Source of the DNA: Vicugna vicugna
Taxonomy: Eukaryota
Direction: 5' to 3'
Assembly (NCBI GenBank): GCA_013265495.1
Contig: MU058365.1
Location: forward strand, 248,001 to 312,000
Length of the DNA: 64,000 bases
Shown here piece after piece: positions 46,601 to 60,251 of the stretch. The notes under the pieces were generated by a model, which saw only the letters and a list, made by a program, of their open reading frames with translations, made no database searches and was not told the DNA's origin. Position 1 is the stretch's first letter. Each line of letters starts with the position of its first letter. A program made the translations under genes and the position numbers.

Positions 46601-49600
46601 CTGGCCCTGGTCTGTTGACTCAAGATGCTCAAGCAGAGAGAATGTACCCCAGCTGCCAGAGTGGGAGGTCCAGTTTGGGGCCCCCGAGGAGTGGGGCTAC
46701 CTCTAGTTTATTTCTGTAACCCCTTACACCTAGCATGCTGCTTAGCTATAATGGGCCCTTAGTTAATAATGTATTGAATGAATGAAATAATTCTAGTCTC
46801 AGCTTTGCAGTTAATCATCCTATGGACAGTGTGACATCCCGTGGATCATTTCATGCCACTCAGCCTCAATTTCCCCTTCTATACGATGGCAGTAATAGTT
46901 TGGGCCAGGGAGTAAATGAATTAATGTATGTGAATAGACTGTAAAATTTAAAACACTATTTACATATAAAGGATAAAATATTTTAAAAACTGTCTTTCAA
47001 ATGAGCCTCGATATTGACACTTCAAAGTCTGAATAAAGTGATTTGAAAGGACATACCCTTCCCTCAAGGTACATATGATCTGTTTATTGAAAAATATACA
47101 TTATATCATTATTTTTTAATTTTTCTAAGTTGACTCAGACAAAAAGGATTGCCTTATTGTTTGAAAGTACATTTAAATTTTAAAGACTTGATCTTTAGGC
47201 TTCTAATCCTACGTAGTGTACCTAAACAAAGACTCGAGTTAGAAGAGCCTCTGATGCTGGTAGTATTGTGCTCAGGTAGCCTGTATTGTCAGCTTCTCTG
47301 AAAAGGCCTGATTTTGTTCTTATTGAAAGAGGAACTTGGCTCAGATACACCAGGAAGTTCTCTTTAGCTGCAAGGAGACACTAAGCAAAAGCGCAATTAC
47401 ATCTTCCTTTCTTTTTAGTGAGGTAAAACACACACAGCATAGAATTTACCGTTTCAATCACTTTTAAGTGTACAGTCCTGTGGCATTAAATACGTTCCCA
47501 GTGTTGTGCTAGCATCACCACCATCCATTCATTTCCAGAACTACTTCATCTTCCTCCACCTGAAACTACCCGTTAAACACTAACTTCACCTTTCCCGCCT
47601 CCATCTTCTGGCAGCCACCATTCTATTTTCTGTCTCGAAGAATTTGATAGCTCTAGGGACCTCATTTAAGAGGAATCATTTATTTGTCCCATTATGATTA
47701 GTTTATTTCACTTATTTCAAGAGTCACTGATATTGTGGTATGTGTCAAATTTTCTTTCCTTTTTATTGCTGAATAATTTCCCACAAATGTCCATATGAAT
47801 GTACCACATGTAGTTTATCCGTTCGTCTGTTGGTGGACACTGGGCTCTACCACCTTTTGGCTGTTGTGCGTAGTGCTGCCGTGGACATGGTCGCACACTG
47901 ATCTGCTCTGCTTTCACTTTGGGGTGTGTGCCTAGAATGCCATTTCTTCACCTCACCATAAGTGAGCTGCTGGGTTTCGAGTTGCTGTAGTAACTCACCT
48001 TGAAATAAATTTACTTTTAGTATGTGTTTCCTTTTTTGTATTTATATTGGTTATTTTCTCACTGTTGACACTGTACTATTCTGGAGTAGATTTAGGTCTT
48101 AAACATTTTCATTAAGATTTGAACTGTCTCCGTAGGATAAAGTGTATGAACTTGTCCTAACCTGTAGTGGAAGTGAAGATGTTTACCTTTTGATAAAGTT
48201 TTAGTAATCTTGGCTTTACTTTATTACTAGAATTGTTTCTAAAAATGTGATCAACTCTTAGATCTGAAATAGAATTCTGTTCATTATTTCCAGTTTTTAT
48301 TCTACATGCAATTTAATGCCCTTAAGTGAACACTGCCTTCAGGAAGACACTGGAAGATCTTTATGCAGATGAATGTGTCTTAGGACATAGTGATAAACTC
48401 AGTTGTGTTAAGTGTTAGTCCTCTCAGAATGCTTTCATAATATAATACACACTAGATTAATGTGTCATGTATTAAGCACACAGTTGCACTTTAATAGCTA
48501 GGTTTTCATATTCCGTAAGCTTACTGATACCTTGCTTTGCTCTGTTTTGTTGACTGTACGAAGTAGGACTGCACTGGTAAGGAAATAGCCATTGAGAAAT
48601 CTTTGTGGATTATCTTTTCAAGACCTCCCTTCGTGCAGGTACCTTTCTACTTTCTATTTGTAGCTGGACAGTGAATGTAGAAGGACAGTCACTGTTTTGC
48701 TGCTGTTTCCTTAGATACCAAATCAGCTGTCAAGTATATATTAATATATTCTCTGTTGTATATTCTATTTTATTTCTCCAAGAAATTTATTTTAAAGTAC
48801 CCTTTAACAGCTGTTCAAAATGTGTAACCAATAGAGTCAGATCATAGCAGCATCAGAAAAGCTGATACCTTTCGTTGCTTTATTTGTAGCAGAACACTTA
48901 CGGTGCCCTGACGGGTGAAAACCTGCAGCTCCTGACTGAGTCCTTTTCCTGCCACTAGGGGGCTCAGTTTTCCTTAGCTGCTAAAACTCTAGAAAAAGAT
49001 CCCAGTTTTTTTCACTTTTGACAAATCCTGCAGACCTCTCCTTGGTGTTTTGCTTTTTGGATTTAACTTATTTCCCAGGATATTTATGCTTTCAAATGTC
49101 CTGGGAAACCAAATTCAAATTCAAAGCATGTTAATTGTGTATCTGAATAATCTCCAAGGATATTGGAAATGACAACAGCTTGAATTTTATGTGGCCATCC
49201 TAGTAATGTCTGGCTTTTTAAACCGGTGGAATTGTTAAAATCATGTAATTCAGAAAACATCAACCCTTGTATTTGTATCTGAACTAGAATTCTGTCCATT
49301 ATCTTAATTTTTTCCTTCCACATGCAAAATATAATGCCTTAAAGTGCACACAATCTAATAAGAAAATATTTATTTCTAGTATACCTTTATGAACTTCTGA
49401 TATTTTAAAAATCAGTTGATAATGGAGAAATAGGGAAGCATTTCCATGAATTTCTACAATCCTTAGGCCAATTTACTTTCAAAGATTACAGACTGAGATT
49501 ATTCAGTAATTCTGTTAGCATACTCAAAGTATGAAAAATGTGGACTGAAAAAGAAAAAGTTGCCACCTTATAATAAAGACACCTTAAATATATTCAGCAA

Positions 49601-52600
49601 GTGGAGTTCTAGTAAATTTAAAATATTACATTTTAGGAAGAAGGGAAAATTAGGGAAGTATTATGATATATTAGAGAGCATGTGCTTTGGAGTTTGACTA
49701 TTGCTTCTGATACTACCAGCTTTGTGACTTTCAGCAAAATTTTTTTAATCATCTCTGAGCTTTAGTTTCCTAATTTTTGTAAAGTAATGTTAATACGTCA
49801 TTCAGTTGTTGTTTGGATTAAATAAGGCAATGTATGTAGAGCACTTGGGACTGTGCCTGGACCGTGGTGGGTGCTCAGTAAGTGTCATCCTCTGTTTAAT
49901 CCAAAGGTGTGATGTTATAACTGATTCTCATTCATTCTGGAGAGTCTCTCTCTGGAAAATGGGAGGCTCAACCTATTATTAAGACTGCATCTGTAAGTAT
50001 GACTGTACCTGTGCGAAGACTTCAATCTATTCATGGTATCCTAATATAAAGTTTGGAAAATATATTTCCTTAGCTAAAATAGTAGCATTGTTAGCTATTT
50101 ATTTATTGACCGCTTACTGTATGTCAGTGCTCCTTTGAGTGATTTATGCGTATTAACTCATTCGTTCCTCACGACAAACATATTAGGTGGGTATTATTAG
50201 CACCCCTCTTCTTACAGGATGCAGAAACTGAGGCCAGCAGAGACTAACCTTGCTCAGATTTATACAGCTATTAATATTTTGGAGCTAGGCTCCAAAACCA
50301 GGCATTCTGGCTCTGGGATCTGAATTCCTAACCACTTGTCTAAATGGTTAAAACATTTTTTCAAAGATTTCACTGGATGCATTGTATAATAGTAGAAATG
50401 TTTGGAGAGCATTTCATACTTATTTTATCCTTAAAGAAACACACCTTCCTCCAAATGTTTATTACTATTAAAGTGATTGAAATAAATATTTTAAAATTCC
50501 AAGTATGTCCTGATATTTTCAACAAAAGGAAATTACTACTTTCAGTAAGAATAAAAAGTTGGTTAGAAAGGCAACAAAATGTTTAAGTGCTAAAGAAATC
50601 ATTTAGAAGAGCAGACATGACCCTTTTAAATAATATTTAAAATTAGTTTCTTACCATTGTTACCAACAAATAATAGCACCTAATTGAAGGAAATATATTC
50701 TGTTGCACCCACCACGGAAAGCTTTTGGAATTTTTGTCTCCAAGTTGAGAGAGAGGAGTGGCTGGAGCGCTGTGGGGTTACTTGGGGTGACGTTTCTGTG
50801 TGTGGATTTGTTCCAGCCGTGCTGCAGTGCTGCCCTCCCTCCACCCACATGGACGCGCTCAGTAGCTGTGTCGCCCCCGCGGCCTCTTCCTACGCACACT
50901 GCAGCTACTTCCAGGTGAGAGTCTTGGAACAGTGAACGTCCCCTGGGCCTCGGGTGCAGTACTGTTGACCTTGCAGAATTGCAAAGTGTAACTTTATCTT
51001 AATGAGTCACCGGAGGTAAGCTGTGGATCGTGGCCTCAGTTTTTCCCAATTCTAAAAAAAAGGAGTTGATATAAATGATGTCTGGGGATTCTTTTAGGCC
51101 TACACTGTCTTCTAGGCCTAGTGTTAGGCACTAGCCACACGTAGCTATTTAAATTTAAGTTAGTTAAACAAGATTTAAAATTCATTCCTCAGTCACACTA
51201 GCCACATTTTAAGTGTTCAATAGTTTTGTATGGCTAGTGGCTACCAAATTTTAGAGCATAGGCAGAGAACATTTCCATCATTGCTGAAAGTTAGTTTGAA
51301 CAGTGCTGTTCTAGGCTCTTCCATAGTAGAATGAATACCAGATAAACTCTAAAAGTATGTGAATCACCAAATGACAGATCCTTCCAAGATGGTATAGATG
51401 GTTACTTCTTTTTTAAAGGGGAAAGGAAAAATGATGTCAAAAATGAGAAATTTAAGTGATAGTTTCCTTCAGCCCCAATATTGTAAACACTGGACTTCTG
51501 TTACTGTCTCATTATTTATTAGGAGACTATTGCTTTGATTTAAACATTGTAGACGACTGTTTCTAGGATAAGATTAAATCCCATGTTTGTATTTTTATGT
51601 TACAGTAAGAGATTTGAATTATGTGCTTGCTTTTGATATCACATAGTCATACCAGCTTCTGTTCTTAAGAGAATGTCTTACTAGTAGTGGCATTCCAGTA
51701 CTCAAAAGAACATTCCTTTTTTCTTTCCTTTTTCTTTTCTTTTTTTTCAGAAAATATACATGGCAAGTCAAATTATAATCATATTCTTGTCTGAAGAGTA
51801 TAGAATCAGATCAAGGGGACCTAGCCGGACATTTTTAATGACAGATATCATCAAGCATGTTAGTCCAGGATATTCATCTTCACTAACTATCCCACAAATT
51901 AAATGCTCTTGTTTGTAGACCCAGGCATTACCTCCCCTGGGTCATACTGGAGGTACCCTGTCAGTGTTTATATCTGGATTATGTTTATGTTTTAAATTAA
52001 TCATTTAAAACACCTTTAAAGATGTTTTCTTACGACAAAGACAATACATGTTCATTGTAGGGAAATAGAGATAAGTAGACGTAAAATTTTTAAATGGAAA
52101 GAAGGGAAGTATTTTAGATGCCGTTCTGGAAATAAATGCAGTTAGTTTTGTTGGACTGTAGGTACAGTGAGAGTGTGCATGAATGGTCAGTATATTATAA
52201 TGGTTAAGAGCCACAACTCTTTGAGTCAGACAAACCTAGATTTGAAACCCGGCTGTGCCAGTTGCTTCATTGTGACTTTGGGTAAATTACGAAGTTTCTG
52301 TGAACTTCAGTTCCATCATTTGGAAATGGAGATTATCACATTTCATAGACCTCTTGTGAGGATTAAATGAAATAATGTATATAAAGCACTTTGCATGTGC
52401 TTGGCACAGTTAGAATTCAATAAATGGTGCTATCACCAATAGTAGAATAGCTTGATGCTTAAACCATCTATATTTATATTATTTGGCATTAGTATCCTTC
52501 AGATCATTGACACAATCTTTGTAGTGGTTTTGGTAACATGGACTCACTACATGTCTTATTTAATAGTAACTTTTCTATATTTTACATTTATAACCTGAGA

Positions 52601-55600
52601 TAATCAACAAACACTTATCGAATACCTACTCTGTGCAAAGCTCTGCATTTGGCAATATCAACTCATTACACGTTGTATTTAATCATCACTCTTCAGTATT
52701 CTGTGAGCTAGCTTGAGATCATTTATCACCAAACATGTAATTGAATGTCTGTCCTGTGCAAAAGTACTATGTATAAGAGAATACATCTTAAAGTTATCAG
52801 TCTAAAAGTGACAGCCTTTTAAAATCTCTTATTTTATTATTAAAAGTAAATAATCTCAGGACCAAAGGACCCTCGATACTCCATCCATTCTTCCCAAATC
52901 ATTTGGAACAGGATATCTGTACCTCCCCCTGAATCTGTAGAAGCATTGGTGGACTTGTGAGCAGCCTGTGTTTGACGTTTCCTTTCTGCTTTCCGAAAAC
53001 AGTATATGATAGATACAAGCGTTGCTTCGTCTGTCAACCTCTATGGAAGAATTTGGTATATAGACATTTAACAGCAAATTGGTATTTGGGTACTGTAGTT
53101 TTTTTGATTTTGTATACTTTAACCCTGAGAGTTATTGGTCCATTTTAGTGTTAAACTTACGGTGGTTGACATATAATAGTTGCTGAGTAAATGTTAACAA
53201 TAGAATTGAAGCTACCACTGCTGAAAAACTGGCATTTAAGTTTCCTTAGTGAGCTTTAAGTTTACGTTTAGCACTCATCAGCCTAAATGTTGTTGCTTTC
53301 CTCCTTAACCTCATACTTGATTTTCTATCCAAACAGTCCTATTTTCTCTTTTCCCAGAATCCTCCAATGCAATCTTCCTATCCAGTTGAATTTCTGTCTT
53401 CTAATTGGCCTTGCAGTGCTACTGATGAAAATAAAAAGACAGAAGTAAACCTAGAGGCTGTTTTTCAAATAGTAGATGAGTTGCGTTCCTCCCCTAAATT
53501 GGAGATGGTAAAGGTGGAACCTGTTGAGGATCAGTGCTCAACATCTCAGTCTAACAGAGGCCAACATATCCTAGCTAACTCAAACAGCAGCAATCCATCT
53601 TTCACGAGTCAGGCTAGCCAACTGGAGCCACTCACTCCTGTAGGCTCAGATATTACGTCTTTTGTGGTCGGAACAGAACAAGCAATTACCTGCTCTCTAC
53701 CACAGTCACCCGAGTACATCTATACCATCCATACAGCTCAGCCTGTTGAAAATACTACAATGCAGGAATCTGCAGCCATCCAGCAAGCTCATGTCAAACT
53801 GGAGGAGCAGCTAAGTCATAATCCATCTCCATCTTCAGTAGTATTTGTGCAGGAAGGGCTACCGTTCAGCACACACCAGGTAAGAGGCAAAGAAAAAATC
53901 CTGATGAATGTCAAAGGTGCTTAGTGCCTCTTGCTAAAGACTCTTCTAGTGGAGGCTTTGCCTGGATTTTATCTGGGTTTAATAAGTTTATTACGCTTTC
54001 CAGAAGGATCACGTCTCAGTAGTTCTGCACAGAAGATTCTGAAAGCAACCTTAACCCTCAGGCATCCTCTCACTATGTTATGGTCTGAAGTCAACCTCTA
54101 GAGAGGCAGTCTGATTGAGCACTGTGGTGCAGGACTTATTTTCATGTTAAAAGCATCCTTTGAGTTTTGCTTTCTAACTTAATTTGGATGGACTAGTAGG
54201 TGTGCCTGGCTATTCAGAAGGGACGGTTTTTCTCGTAGGTAATATCAGGACTTCCCAAGCCGTTTGTAGCCTGGAGGTAAGGAGATGGCTGGAGGTGTTT
54301 TCATACTTTTTTACAGCATCATTGCATTCTAATTTGACTTGGGAGCATACTGTGTTTGAATTTCCTTACTAATATTCTCATTCCTAAAGCAGAATTCTGA
54401 CTCTAGTTTGAGAGATATGTTCTGAAGGTAGGAACTTAATTCCTTTATTGCTGCTAATTTGTAACCAGAAAATGAAAAAATATTGATTCTAAATAATAAA
54501 AGTACATCCAAATTAAAATCACTTTTTGTGATGATTTTTTCCTACTTTAAATTTTTTTTCTTGATCTTAGCCTGATACATGTATTTTTTCATTTTGGATT
54601 TTTTTTCTTTAATGGAATTGAAAATATCTCCATTCTTAGAGATTCCCAAGATGACCTTTGGCAGTGTTTCAAAACGTATTCTTTTTTAGCTATAACTTTA
54701 GATCCAAATGTCTTAAGGTTTCTATCAACTCATTGTCCTTTTCGAGTCAACTGTTGTGACCCAACATACTATGTATTAAAATATTATAAATTCAATAGAT
54801 CAAAGATAGGCCCATTATGTTTCAAATATGCCTGTGGAAAGAACATGAAATTCGTCTTTGTTCCTTCATAGTCACATTCAAAATACTAGATTTCATACCT
54901 TAACATTGCATTCACACAGTTGCTTTTTCTTTTAAAAAATTTGAGTATCACAGCTTTTGAAAGCTGTGTTTTAAACTTTCAGCTTTATTTCATTACATGG
55001 TTTTATTTTAAAATAATTCATAAACAAGTAGAGTATTTTAGAAGTTGATCACCTTGACAAAGGGATTTGACATTTTAAAGAAAACATTTTAAAGAACTCT
55101 AGCAGAGACATTCATATATCATAAGCAGGGCAGGTCTAGATTTTATAGGAGCTGAAGCGTATACAATTTAGAGGGTCTCATTAAGACAAAGAATACAAAA
55201 TTAATAGAATAAAGTGTTCACAGCTTTACTGACATCATTCAACAGGATCATGCCCTATGGCCATTCTGATATCACCAAGATGGAAAATCTGATGGAAGGG
55301 ATGCCAAAGTGGGAAAAAATAATGGTATTGTAAATTATTGTGTGTGTGAATTTTACCGAAAAAAAAAAAGAAATTCAGCTTCGTGGTAAATCTTCCTCTG
55401 ATCATAAGTAAATGTTTTAGCTCCATAGACAGTTCAGTGGTTTGTGTATAGGGAAATACACGTCTTGCTACCAAATACTCAGATTAGCTTAACAAAGTCA
55501 AAGATGGTATCATTCGTCGGGATGAAAAGCCTTACAGTCGTATTTATTGGATCATGTTTCTATGATAGAACTCCTCTGATAGAGTATCTTAACTTTTAGT

Positions 55601-55825
55601 AGATGTTTGGGGGAAATTCAGAATAATGAGTGGGTTTAACATTTTAGGTGGATGCCAGTACAAAATGCCAGACCAATCCACCTGAGAATATCTTGCCTTC
55701 AGAACAGATGGGATTCCTTATTTCAGAAGTGGGGCCTGCTAGCAAGCGTAGTAAAGACGCAGGTTTATCCACTCCAGCCAGATACAGAGGACGAAGAAGC
55801 AACTCACAGCAAGGAAAGTCCCCTG
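36825..55825 (+). CDS. HSF5: Heat shock transcription factor 5, coding exons 1-5 (3'-partial)
   Basis: Exons 36825-37404, 42225-42599, 50817-50914, 53358-53879, 55648-55825, GT-AG and in frame (584 codons + 1 nt). HSF DNA-binding domain (FPAKLWRLVN...FTSFIRQLNLYGFRKV...FHSPHFRRDQPQLLVHLKR). No terminal exon found before 64000. Confidence 0.95.
37002..37046 (+). repeat. Coding (GGN)15 trinucleotide repeat (poly-Gly) in HSF5
   Basis: GGG (GGC)7 GGG (GGC)2 GGG (GGC)2 GGA. Confidence 0.95.
45014..45142 (+). mobile_element. tRNA-Ala-derived SINE (Vic-1-like)
   Basis: Intact A box and B box (ggttcaatcc), A-rich tail, direct repeat ctttactagg at 45004-45013 and 45143-45152. Confidence 0.9.
47415..47940 (-). 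mobile_element. Old L1 3' end fragment
   Basis: cttttaagtgtacagtcc...catcaccaccatccat...ggcagccaccattctattttctgtctc; typical antisense L1M 3'UTR. Confidence 0.7.
51125..51308. mobile_element. MER3-like hAT remnant
   Basis: cactagccaca...ttcaatag...tggctagtggctacc...acatttccatcattgc signature. Confidence 0.6.
52195..52430 (+). mobile_element. MIR SINE
   Basis: tggttaagagc...gtgactttgggtaaattac...cagttccatcatttggaaatgg...gtgaggattaaatga...aagcactt. Confidence 0.65.
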
Positions 55826-56989
55826 GTAAGGATTACTGTGCTCTAGAATGCTAGGGGTAGACTCTCAGGGTAGAACTGACATATGAGAGACGGTTTTTCT
55901 GGCCTTCATTTATTGTTCATAATTATAATGTATCCTTATCACATTGCTGTTTAATGTAACTAATATGCCTTTTTGCTTAATTATCCTTGTAAGGTATGTA
56001 AAAGTTACCTTCCATTATTACATGTAAGAATCTGAGCTTTTGAAAGGAAAACATATTAACTAAAAGCAAAGGAATTTGGGTTATCTAACTTGGAGAATGT
56101 AAGGATGAAGGGTGATTTAGTAACTGCTTCAGATTCCAAAGACTTTGTAATTATAGCAGTATTTCTTATTAACTGACCATAGTACAAGAGGAAATGTGCT
56201 AAAATTGTGGCAGGAAAATTAGATGGACATTAAAGACATTGTCCTGAACATATTATAAAGATGCTGTTAAGTATGGTTGTATTAATGGGATTATTTTTCT
56301 TGTGGTTTGTAGGAGCCCAATGTTAGTGATTGTTTTAGGCACATACAGTTTATGCTACTCTCCTTAGGGAAATTGGACAGAATCACTTTTTTAGGAAAGT
56401 CATGACATCTAGTAAAACATGTTTCTTACATAACCTAAAACCAGGTCATCAAAGTCTTCAATGGACAACTTGAATATTCTCCCATTATATGCATGTCAGA
56501 GGCATACAATTCAGTGAATTAATCAATAAGGTCACGCAATCATTTTAACCTGTAAAAATTGGAAATGTTGGGATCATCTGTGATAATTTCTCCAAAAGGT
56601 AAACTACTAGTGATATGATCAAGATGTTGCTCAGACTCATAGGGTTCTTTCTGCAGAATGCCTTTTTGACTAAAAGCTGTCTAGATCATTCATCTCATTC
56701 GTTAAACTTAGCTTGCGCTGTTGCTTTTAGTTAAGTATATGGTCCAATCCATGACCAAGGATTAAGGTTTCTTAATACCACTGAAGATGTTCAAAACAAT
56801 GGCATAGACTTGAAGGCAATTTAGAAAAGGACAGTGATGAATATTTACCTCATACCCATTTTTCTGCCATGTAACAAATTTGATGAAAGTGGTATTGTCA
56901 TCGTCTTAAAAATCAGGAAACTTAAGCTTGGAGAAGATAAATAACTTGTTCAAGATCACATTAATTAATGTAGCTAATATTCTACTCAC

Positions 56990-57480
56990 AGTCACTCTGT
57001 TGATTGTGTACTTTGATGCACAGGCATTTTAAAGTTTGATGTATTCCCATTTGTCTGTTTTTGCTTTTGTTACCTGTGATTTTGGTGTCATATCCAAGAC
57101 ATCATTGCCAAGTCCAGTGTCATGAAGTTTTTTCCACTATGTTTTCTTTCAGGAGTTTTATAGTTTAAAGGTCTTACATTTAAGTCATTTATTCATTTTG
57201 AGTTAATGTTTGTAGATGGTGTAAGATAAGCGTCCAACTTCATTCTTTTACATGTGGACATCAGTTTTCCCAGTACCATTTGTTGAAGACACCGTTTTCC
57301 ACTGAGTAGTCTTGGCGTCCTTGTCTAAGATCATCTGACTATATATATATATAGAGGTTTATTTATCTGACTATATATATATATAGAGGTTATTAGCATA
57401 TATATATATATATATGAAGGTTTATTTCTGGTCTCCTTACTCTAGTCCATTGGTCTATTTTTCTGTCTTTATGTACCATG
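56990..57480 (-). mobile_element. L1 ORF2 fragment (antisense)
   Basis: ttttgcttttgttacctgtgattttggtgtcatatccaag...cagttttcccagtaccatttgttgaagac. Confidence 0.75.
57333..57427. repeat. ~32-bp tandem repeat with (TA)n cores, three degenerate copies
   Basis: atctgac(ta)n gaggtttattt twice, plus a third diverged copy. Confidence 0.8.
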
Positions 57481-57649
57481 TGATCTGTTTAACCATTCAA
57501 TTCTGCCATTGTAGCATAAAAGCAGCCATAGATAATACATAAATGAATGGTTGTGGCTATGCTCCAGTAGAACTTTATATAAAAAACAAGTGCTGGGCCC
57601 AATTTGACCCAGTCATAATTTGCCCACCCCTGAGTTAGACTAACAACTT

Positions 57650-57921
57650 ATTTCTGAAGAGTAACAGTGGAAGCCAGAAAAGAGTAGAATCAAACTTTTA
57701 ATATACTGAAAGAAATCGGTAGTCCTAGAAATCTCTACCCAGCAAAAAGATCCTTCGATAATGATGGCAGAATGAAGACATTTTCAGGTAAACACAAAAT
57801 CGAGAGCATGTGCCACAGCAGATAAGCACTAAAGGAAATTCTACAGGGTGTTCTTCAGGCAGAAAGAAACAAGGATACGTACTTCGTTCCCAGGGTAATC
57901 ACCAACACAATAGAAATAATC

Positions 57922-57967
<46 letters not shown>

Positions 57968-58215
57968 AGCGAGGAGGAAGGAATGAAAAATGAGGAAGAC
58001 AAAGAGAAAATAAAATAAAATGGTTGACCTAAATTCAACCAATACAATTATTCTATGTAAATGGTCTTAAAATCTCTAATTCAAAGGCAGAGATTGCTGA
58101 AGTAGTTAAAAGAGCAAACTCCTTCTATAGGCTGGCTGCAGGAGACACGCAGCTTGAAAGTAAGTAGATGGAAAAAAGTATAACGTGCAAACAGGAAGTG
58201 TGAGAAGACTGGGAT
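57650..58215 (+). mobile_element. Old L1 fragment spanning ORF1 end to ORF2 start, containing an A41 run
   Basis: cctagaaatctctacccagcaaaa...aagacattttcag...atgtaaatggtcttaaaatctctaattcaaaggcagagattg; poly(A) at 57923-57963. Confidence 0.6.
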
Positions 58216-60104
58216 GGTTATTTTAAAATATCACCTGCTAAAGCTGTTGTCTCCTGTCTGTTCTGTGCCGTTCCAGGTGTGGAGCTGAGCCCCCTTCCTC
58301 TGATTTGTCCCCTCCCCCAAACATTTACATCTGGTATTTATTTGTATAGCACACTTTTCTGAAGAGTAGGCAAGGTAGAAAAGGTTTGCATTTCAAACGC
58401 TGCAAATAATTTAAAATGGAATGTAAGCTGTCCTTTTCAAGAGGCCTTCAGTCCCTTTACCGTTTTCCACCTTTCCTTTTCACTGGTCAGCGTGGCCTCC
58501 TGCCACGTTGTCCTCTGTCCCTGTGCTAGCATTGTACCCTCTCTTCTCTGATATCACCAGGCCCTGCGTTGTGTGTCTTAGGCAGAGAAGGTTAGGTATC
58601 TCTTCTGTTTCCTAATGTCTATTTGCCAAACCAAAACAACTTGTGAAGATATATTCCTCAACAAAGACAGCTACCTACCCAGGAGGAACTCTGGTGCCTA
58701 CTGTTAAAATAATAATTTCCTCTCTTTCACTACATACGATGGTTATAAGTGTAACTGATAAAATAATTAGCACATTAATTATCTTTTTTAACTCTTCCTT
58801 TTTTTTTCCTCTCTAATAAAGCTATGTCCTTTGGTCAGTGATGTTGATAGATGAGTCTTAATTGACCTTGGCTTCCTGCTGTGAAACAGCAGAGTTGTGA
58901 AGTGTTGGCATTATTATGACATCTAATCACATTTTCATTTTATTAGGGGCAGGGAGCAAATGACTTATGCTTAAACTAGAACCTCTTGGCTGAAAAGCCA
59001 GCTTTTGTAATGAAAATGTAAGGAGAAATACAGTTCATGAAGTTGCAAATTATTCCTCCTTAAAATTGGTCTGTGAAAACATGGCTGTGTGCAAGGTCCT
59101 GTGACATTAAGAGACATTAACCAAAGTGAGTGTAAGGTTTATATTCTGTTACAGGCAGTATGACCGTCAATAGGAAGAAAGCTTTTGGTATTGAAAAACT
59201 GCAGTAAAATATGGATTCTGCCAGATACTGTGGTCACTTAGACATGTTTACCTAACTTTACTGAGCCTCAGTTTCTTTATCTATAAAAGGAAGATAATAA
59301 TGCCATGAAACATACCACTGGCTTAGTATGGTGCCTGGTACATAATGAGTAGTCAGTTCATGGCAGTAACAAAATTTTAGCAATATTTATACGTACTATT
59401 TTGAAGCTTTTTACTGTTAAGTACTTTTCAAATGACTGGTCTCACTTTAAATTTATGCGGGTTCCTAGTGTCGTGAGCAATCCTGTACTATTTCCCTACT
59501 CAGTACAGCCCCGTTTTCCAAAGCCACTCTATCATTCGTATCTTCTCTCTTCTCCAGTTGACACCTTTCCTTCTCTCTCTTAATTCTCAGCTCTGACCTT
59601 ATTTCTTATTTGACTGAGAAAACAGAAGCAGCTAGAAGAGAACTTGCCTATCTTTCTACCAACAAATCTGTCAGTCGACCACCTGTGTAACCCTACACTC
59701 TGCCGTTCCTCCTGCTCCGGAGGAAAAAGGCCAGTCCTTCCCTTTGTGTACAAAATCCCATCCCCTTTTGTGTACTCACCGATTTAGCAGTTACCGTTAC
59801 CCCGTTGCTCTTCAATAATCACATTTACCTTTTATGTTCGATAATTCCCGTCAACATACATACATGCCGACATAGGTTCTATTAAAAGTAATTCCCCTCG
59901 CCTTTCCTTCATACTTTCATCAAGCTGATGCTCCATTTTTCTGTTCCCCTTAGAGAAAAGCTCCTTGAAACCATACCCTTATCTCAGCCAGGTTTTCCAG
60001 TTAGGTTTTCATTCTTGCTACTCGACTGGTGGTGCTCTGGTTGAGGTTTCCTGTTTCCACCCTGTTGCCCCAGTTCCCATTTTACTCTGCTTCAGCTGCG
60101 TCTG

Positions 60105-60251
60105 GCTTGTATTGTTTGTTCGTTATTTTACAAGGGGAAGGTAATTAGGTTTCTTCATTGATTTCCGCTTGGAGAAGGTACTGCGGATTGAACCCAGGAC
60201 CTCCTGGGTGCTAAGCATGCGCTCTACCACTTGAGCCATAGCCTTCCTCCC
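60105..60251 (-). mobile_element. tRNA-Ala-derived SINE (Vic-1-like) inserted in an L2
   Basis: Reverse complement of the same head and tail; imperfect TSD tcagctgc(g/a)t(c/t)tg at 60092-60104 and 60252-60264. Confidence 0.85.

Noticed and set aside
52840..53077. Short minus-strand ORFs in HSF5 intron 3 as a hidden gene or pseudogene
   Set aside because: No recognisable homology or convincing splice structure; would need BLAST support.
57923..57963. A41 run as the tail of a processed pseudogene
   Set aside because: No TSD or mRNA-like body; it sits in an A-rich part of an old L1 and is best read as homopolymer expansion.
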